64,000 nt of DNA from Bythopirellula sp. (GTDB taxonomy: Bacteria; Planctomycetota; Planctomycetia; Pirellulales; Lacipirellulaceae), in contig OZ244170.1 of the NCBI GenBank assembly GCA_965216565.1, forward strand, positions 3,072,001 through 3,136,000. The letters are read 5' to 3'. Made by a program: the position numbers and the translations under genes. Of the stretch, positions 58,930-64,000 are shown piece by piece; positions within the stretch are counted from its first letter, which is position 1; every line of letters begins with the position of its first letter. The notes under the pieces are model-generated. The model saw only the letters and a list, made by a program, of their open reading frames with translations. It was not told where the DNA came from and ran no database searches.

Positions 58930-59517
58930 TCAATCATTTTCCAGCCGTCGTCCCCGCATTAGCATCATCACTCCCCCCAGACCAAGCAAGGCAAGCGAGG
59001 CAGGCTCGGGGACAATGCCGGTGACCGCTACGTTGTCGATCGCGACGCCGTCAGCGCCGACACTGATTGTTTGATCTTTCGTATAACGAAAACTAATGAC
59101 ATGAGTGCCCGGCGAGAGTGCTAGGGGTCCGACGCTACTAGTGCTCGTTCCAGAGTCAGCAAAAATCTCAGGGCCATCGAGGAAGAGCCGAAAAAAGTCG
59201 AAGGTGGGCTCGGACTCTAAACCGTAATCGAACGCAAAGGTACCGCCTAACGAACCGATCATCACGGTGAGATTGAGGACGGAGGTTTGGCCGTTTATGA
59301 GGTCCTGGCCCGATTCGTAATGGTCGCCAGTTAGCAGTCCACTGACACCAGGCGCCCAAGGCAGCGTACCACCGCCATCCGCCCACACAACCGTTGTGCC
59401 GTTGTCGGAACTGATAGTTCCCCCATCAAACGTTTCGAGGATATCCACGGCCGAGGCCAACGTCGCGAATGAGGCGCTAATCAACAAGGCAATCATTGTA
59501 GAAAAGGTCTGTTTCAT
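58930..59517 (-). CDS. PEP-CTERM sorting domain protein
   Basis: RBS AGGAG, signal peptide, VPEPASLALLGLGG..RGRR tail. Confidence 0.9.
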   Translation of the reverse strand: MKQTFSTMIALLISASFATLASAVDILETFDGGTISSDNGTTVVWADGGGTLPWAPGVSGLLTGDHYESGQDLINGQTSVLNLTVMIGSLGGTFAFDYGLESEPTFDFFRLFLDGPEIFADSGTSTSSVGPLALSPGTHVISFRYTKDQTISVGADGVAIDNVAVTGIVPEPASLALLGLGGVMMLMRGRRLEND

Positions 59518-59788
59518 TAGTCACTTTCTCCCTAGAAGAGTCCAAATTTGTAATGCACTTGGAACAGTCGCAAGACTTGCCCTATAAGTCTTAAGATCGT
59601 CAGCCCAAGGACGAGGCAAGCTTGAGAAATCAATCGCCATCACCAACCTGGCACAGGCATTCAACTCCTGCTGGATTCTAGCAGAGTATTCAAGCGGTTA
59701 CCAAGATTCGCTCTAAGTGCCATGTCAGATAGCAAGTTAGCCAATCTGCCGTCTAGTCAGGGCACGGAGAATCGGCGAAAATAGCCGC

Positions 59789-61402
59789 ATGACATCTTCC
59801 ATTCCTCGCTATCTGGTTGCTTTTCAACCCAAGCAGATTCCTCATCACTTTGTCGATGTGCTGGTGATCGGCGGTGGGATCGCTGGTTTGCGCGCGACCA
59901 TGGCTATGGATCCAAAACTGTCAGCGCTGGTGGTGACCAAAGATCGCCTGAAGGAATCGAGCAGTAATTACGCGCAAGGTGGAATTGCGGGAGTGATCGA
60001 TCCCGAGGATCGATTCGAGGACCATATTGCCGATACACTTTCCGCGGGGGCAGAACTTTGTGACCCAGAAGTGGTCGAGATGGTCGTGCGAGAAGCGCCT
60101 GAACATATTCGGCAATTGATTCGCTGGGGCACACAGTTCGACGAGGAAGAGGGCGAACTTCTACTCGGTCGCGAAGGTGGCCATGGCAAGCATCGCATTG
60201 TTCATGCCCTGGGAGATGCCACCGGCAAGGAGATCATGCGGGCGATGATTCATCGTGCACGCACGGAACTCGGCGCTCAGATCTGGCAAGATACATTCAC
60301 AATCGATCTACTCACCCACGAAGGTCGTTGCCGTGGTGCCTTGGTTTGGAACAAACATCACGGCAAGACATTTGTCTGGGCAAAGGAAACGATTCTCTGC
60401 ACCGGCGGCACGGGGCAGATTTTTCGTGAGTCGACCAACCCCCAAGTTGCCACCGGCGATGGCCATGCCATTGCCTATCGTGCTGGGGTTGAACTGGCCG
60501 ACATGGAGTTCATGCAGTTTCATCCCACAGTGCTGTACATTGCGGGAAGTGGACGCACGCTGATTACCGAAGCGGTTCGTGGCGAGGGAGCCCTGCTCGT
60601 AGACTCCAATGGCGTGCGATTCATGCCCGAGTATGACGAACGAGCCGAGCTTGCTCCGCGGGATGTCGTCAGCCAGGTCATCGATCAGCGGATGCGAGAC
60701 ACACACCACCCCTGCGTCTATCTCGACCTCACACCGATCGGTGAAGAGCGAATTCGGCAGCGTTTTCCCGGCATGGTAAAGAGTTGCGGGGAGTTTGGCA
60801 TCGATATCACGCGCGAGCGGATCCCGGTTCGCCCCGGCGCTCACTATATGATTGGCGGCGTGCAGGTGAACGATGTAGGCGCGAGTAGCCTGCCAGGCCT
60901 GTGGGCGGCGGGCGAAGTCACCAGTAGTGGGCTACATGGCGCCAACCGATTGGCCTCGAACAGCTTGTTAGAGGGACTTGTGTATGGTGCCCGTGCTGGG
61001 GAACAGGCCTCCCAAGCTGCTTTAGAAGTGGCAGACTCGTTCCAGGCGATTCCTTTGGAGAATCCCCCCCTCGAGCCACCCACCGAACCGCTCGATTTGC
61101 AGGACATCCGCAATTCATTGAAGAGCCTCATGTGGCGGGCAGCGGGTGTGCGTCGGAATGCCGAGGAACTGAGCGACGCCGAACACACGATTGATGGCTG
61201 GTTGCAGTATGTGCTCAATCGCCAGTTAGACGACTCCTCGGGCTGGGAATTGCAAAATATGCTAACCGTCTCTCGCGTGATGATCGAAGCGGCAATCCGC
61301 CGCGAGGAGTCGCGGGGCGTGCACCAGCGGAGCGATTTCCCCGATCAAAACGACGCTCAATGGTTACGCCGAATCGCTTCGCAACGACAACCAGTCGCAT
61401 AG
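59789..61402 (+). CDS. nadB: L-aspartate oxidase
   Basis: GGGIAGL, SSNYAQGGIA, REGGH, QFHPT, ITEAVRGEG, HGANRLASNSLLE. Confidence 0.96.
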   Translation: MTSSIPRYLVAFQPKQIPHHFVDVLVIGGGIAGLRATMAMDPKLSALVVTKDRLKESSSNYAQGGIAGVIDPEDRFEDHIADTLSAGAELCDPEVVEMVVREAPEHIRQLIRWGTQFDEEEGELLLGREGGHGKHRIVHALGDATGKEIMRAMIHRARTELGAQIWQDTFTIDLLTHEGRCRGALVWNKHHGKTFVWAKETILCTGGTGQIFRESTNPQVATGDGHAIAYRAGVELADMEFMQFHPTVLYIAGSGRTLITEAVRGEGALLVDSNGVRFMPEYDERAELAPRDVVSQVIDQRMRDTHHPCVYLDLTPIGEERIRQRFPGMVKSCGEFGIDITRERIPVRPGAHYMIGGVQVNDVGASSLPGLWAAGEVTSSGLHGANRLASNSLLEGLVYGARAGEQASQAALEVADSFQAIPLENPPLEPPTEPLDLQDIRNSLKSLMWRAAGVRRNAEELSDAEHTIDGWLQYVLNRQLDDSSGWELQNMLTVSRVMIEAAIRREESRGVHQRSDFPDQNDAQWLRRIASQRQPVA

Positions 61403-61477
61403 GATCAGAATTCTAGAAAAATCGCCGAATTCTGGTGAACCGAGGCCTGTTTCGAGACGTAGCGGCAGGTATAGACA

Positions 61478-61578
61478 GAGTCTGGGTCGGGGGGGTAACC
61501 TCTAACGGTACAAGGCACTGCCCCTGAGGCAGCATGCCGGTGTATCCCGCCGATTTGAGTAACGAGCCGACCCGGCTC
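61478..61578 (+). ncRNA. Candidate structured RNA (short 6S-like rod)
   Basis: Closing stem ctgggtcgg/ccgacccgg, central unpaired region, apical stem ggtaca-ggca-ctgcc/ggcag-tgcc-tgtatc; TATAGA just upstream. Confidence 0.45.
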
Positions 61579-61739
61579 CGACTTGGTTTCCGTTGGTCAA
61601 TACTGTGAATTCACATGGAGATGTGATCTTCACCAAAGGCTTGGAGTCCATAGATTAGCGAACCTTTCCTGGAATTCAGATTCGAGTTTTCAAACGCAAT
61701 ATCTTCTGTCACCTCGCCCCGGCGAGTCGCCTCTGGAGA

Positions 61740-61781
61740 CCTCGGCAGACCTCGGAATGACAGCTACTGGCGTAGCTGAGA
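61740..61781. repeat. CTGTCATTCCGAGG-type dispersed repeat (reverse)
   Basis: 61740-61763 is the exact reverse complement of 25688-25711. Confidence 0.75.
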
Positions 61782-61916
61782 AAAATGCTTAAGTGGTACA
61801 GGCTGTAAGTGGCGATCCTAGATCGACCACAATTGCTAAACATTAAAACTTGGAATGTCTTGTATTTTCGTCCTCAATAACTCGACTATCGATCAACCCT
61901 AGAAACAAACATTGCC

Positions 61917-62663
61917 ATGAGTGAAAGTTCGCCCAACGCAAAAGTACCAATGATCGAGGCCCAAGGCCTCTCCAAGTTCTACGGGGTCTTCGCCGCCGCT
62001 CGGGACGTGACGTTTTCGATCAACCGTGGCGAGGTCGCTGCTTTCTTAGGTCCTAACGGCGCCGGCAAAAGCACCACGATGAAGCTGCTCACCGGCTATC
62101 TGGCACCCTCGGAAGGCACCGCTAAGATCGCCGGCTTCGATATGTCCAGCGATCGCCTGGAAGCTGCTAAAAAACTTGGGTATCTTCCCGAGAATGGCCC
62201 GCTCTATACAGACATGACGCCCCGCAGTTTGCTCACCTTTTTTGGCAACATTCGCGGACTCTCCGCTGGCGAAATGGAAGAGCGGCTCCAACGCATCATC
62301 AAGACGTGTCGACTGGAAGCCGTCATCGGGAAGCCGATCGGCAAATTGTCCAAAGGTTATCGCCAACGTGTCGGCATGGCACAGGCACTGCTGCACGAGC
62401 CTGAAGTATTGATTCTGGACGAACCCACCGCGGGACTCGATCCCAACCAAATCCACGAAGTCCGTAAGATGATTCGCGAGCTCGGACAATCGAAAACAAT
62501 TTTGCTTTCGACCCATATCTTGCAGGAAGTCGAAGCGATGTGTAACCGTGTGATTTTCATCAACGAAGGCCGCATCGTCTTTGACGGCACGCCTGACGAA
62601 TTGTCGAGCGATCGGGACAAGCTTGACGACCGTTTCCGCGAACTGACGACCACTACGGAGTAG
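61917..62663 (+). CDS. ABC transporter ATP-binding protein (GldA-like)
   Basis: GPNGAGKST, LSKGYRQRVG, ILDEPT, STH. Confidence 0.95.
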   Translation: MSESSPNAKVPMIEAQGLSKFYGVFAAARDVTFSINRGEVAAFLGPNGAGKSTTMKLLTGYLAPSEGTAKIAGFDMSSDRLEAAKKLGYLPENGPLYTDMTPRSLLTFFGNIRGLSAGEMEERLQRIIKTCRLEAVIGKPIGKLSKGYRQRVGMAQALLHEPEVLILDEPTAGLDPNQIHEVRKMIRELGQSKTILLSTHILQEVEAMCNRVIFINEGRIVFDGTPDELSSDRDKLDDRFRELTTTTE

Positions 62664-62753
62664 TTGCCCGCATTGTCACGGCAGCACACTCCCTGCACTT
62701 TCATTTCCTCCATTATCCACAAGCTTTAGTAACCGCACGAAAGAGTTGTTGAC

Positions 62754-64000
62754 ATGAACTGGAACGTTCTCAAATCGATTTTCTGGCGCGATTTCGTGAG
62801 CTATTTCTCCAGCACAACTGGCTACGTATTCATCTGCGTGTTCGTTGTCCTTAGCGCTCTGGCAACTTTCTGGCCTCCCGAATTCTTTGCGAATAATCTG
62901 GCTAACCTCGACCAACTGAGTCGCTGGCTACCCTTTATCATGCTAGTTTTTATTCCCGCCATTACGATGAGCACCTGGGCGGAGGAGCGTCGCCAGGGGA
63001 CCGACGAGCTATTGCTGACCGTCCCAGCCAGCGATTTAGACGTGGTACTGGGCAAGTACCTCTCGGGCGTTGCGATCTTTACCGTTTCGCTAATGTTTTC
63101 TGCCTTCTCTATCTTTCTGATGTTTAAGTATGGATTAGGAAATCCCGATCCCGGACTGTTTGTAAGCACCTACATTGGCTATTGGTTTATTGGTGCGGCG
63201 ATGATCTCGATTGGTATGGTGGCCTCGTTTCTCACAGATAATCTCACGGTGGGCTTTATCTTGGGAGCGCTGTTCAACTTGCCATTGGCGTTGTTTGGTG
63301 TTTCGGACTGGGTTATTAAGAATCCAATGATCGCGCAAGCGATTCGTCGCTGGAGTGCTTTAGAACAGTTCCGCGATTTTGAACGAGGTGTCGTCAGCTT
63401 GGGTGGCGCCACCTACTTTGTGATGCTGGCCGTGGTGATGCTCTATCTCTGCATGGTGCTCATCGGCAAGCGTCATTGGCAAGCCCGCGATGAAGGCAGC
63501 TCGCTGGTGGGCCACTTTCTGATTCGAACGTTGGCGCTCCTTGCCATCGCGGTAGGCGTAACTGAGTTTGTGCAGAGTCGTAGCCTCCTGCGGGCAGACA
63601 TCAGCAGCGAACGGCTCAACACCTTATCGAGCGATACAAAAGAACTGCTTGAAGAATTGCGAAATAACGAAGAGGCTCGAACCATTAAGATCGAGGCCTT
63701 CGTCAGTCCCCAGGTGCCCACGGAGTACTCGGCGACCAAGCTCAACCTGCTTTCAACGCTGGCCGAATTGCAAGCACTAAGCGGCGGCAAGGTGCAGGTG
63801 ATCAAGAACGAGATCGAAACGTACGGCCCCGAGGCTGTCCGTGCGGAGAACACTTTTGGCATCACCCCGCAAGAAGTTGTTGTCGAAGATGGCGGCGAAC
63901 GCTCGCAGGAAGAATTCTTCATGGGCGTGGCGTTTACCTCGGGTCCTGCCAAGGTGGTGATTCCATTTCTCCATCGCGGCATTCCCGTCGAATATGAGTT
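62754..64000 (+). CDS. GldF/GldG-type ABC permease fusion; runs off the right edge
   Basis: Not in the ORF track; MNWNVLKSIFWRDFVSYFSSTTGYVFICVF..PAITMSTWAEERRQGTDELLLT, then a soluble GldG-like region. Confidence 0.88.
   Translation, partial: MNWNVLKSIFWRDFVSYFSSTTGYVFICVFVVLSALATFWPPEFFANNLANLDQLSRWLPFIMLVFIPAITMSTWAEERRQGTDELLLTVPASDLDVVLGKYLSGVAIFTVSLMFSAFSIFLMFKYGLGNPDPGLFVSTYIGYWFIGAAMISIGMVASFLTDNLTVGFILGALFNLPLALFGVSDWVIKNPMIAQAIRRWSALEQFRDFERGVVSLGGATYFVMLAVVMLYLCMVLIGKRHWQARDEGSSLVGHFLIRTLALLAIAVGVTEFVQSRSLLRADISSERLNTLSSDTKELLEELRNNEEARTIKIEAFVSPQVPTEYSATKLNLLSTLAELQALSGGKVQVIKNEIETYGPEAVRAENTFGITPQEVVVEDGGERSQEEFFMGVAFTSGPAKVVIPFLHRGIPVEYE

Overview
Gene-dense bacterial window, most likely a Planctomycete of the Pirellulales/Lacipirellulaceae type. 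This is an inference from five PEP-CTERM proteins, DUF1573, planctomycete-type small proteins and heptamer-rich intergenic DNA. Housekeeping genes: proS, yhaM-like HD nuclease, rnr, gcvT-H-PA-PB plus a lipoate ligase, metF, glgP, cysC, lpxK, nadB and a Gld-type ABC transporter. An accessory block at about 25-46 kb holds stress genes, beta-glucan-type hydrolases, PEP-CTERM proteins and nrfHA. The standout signal is a lipoprotein with FG-GAP-type repeats (37336-38799, minus strand) interrupted by one in-frame TGA in the context W-TGA-C. A SECIS-like hairpin follows the TGA, and the next gene encodes a DsbD-alpha-like CxxxxC lipoprotein. Together these suggest an unannotated Sec-Cys selenoprotein and its redox partner. 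Other signals: an HUH/RAYT-like transposase flanked by REP doublets, a covarying REP family, two gene 3'-end duplications flanking inserted cassettes, two small ORFs missing from the ORF track, a sigma54-type promoter and a 6S-like structured RNA candidate. No rRNA, tRNA or CRISPR array was recognised. Product calls come from motif recognition only; no searches were run.
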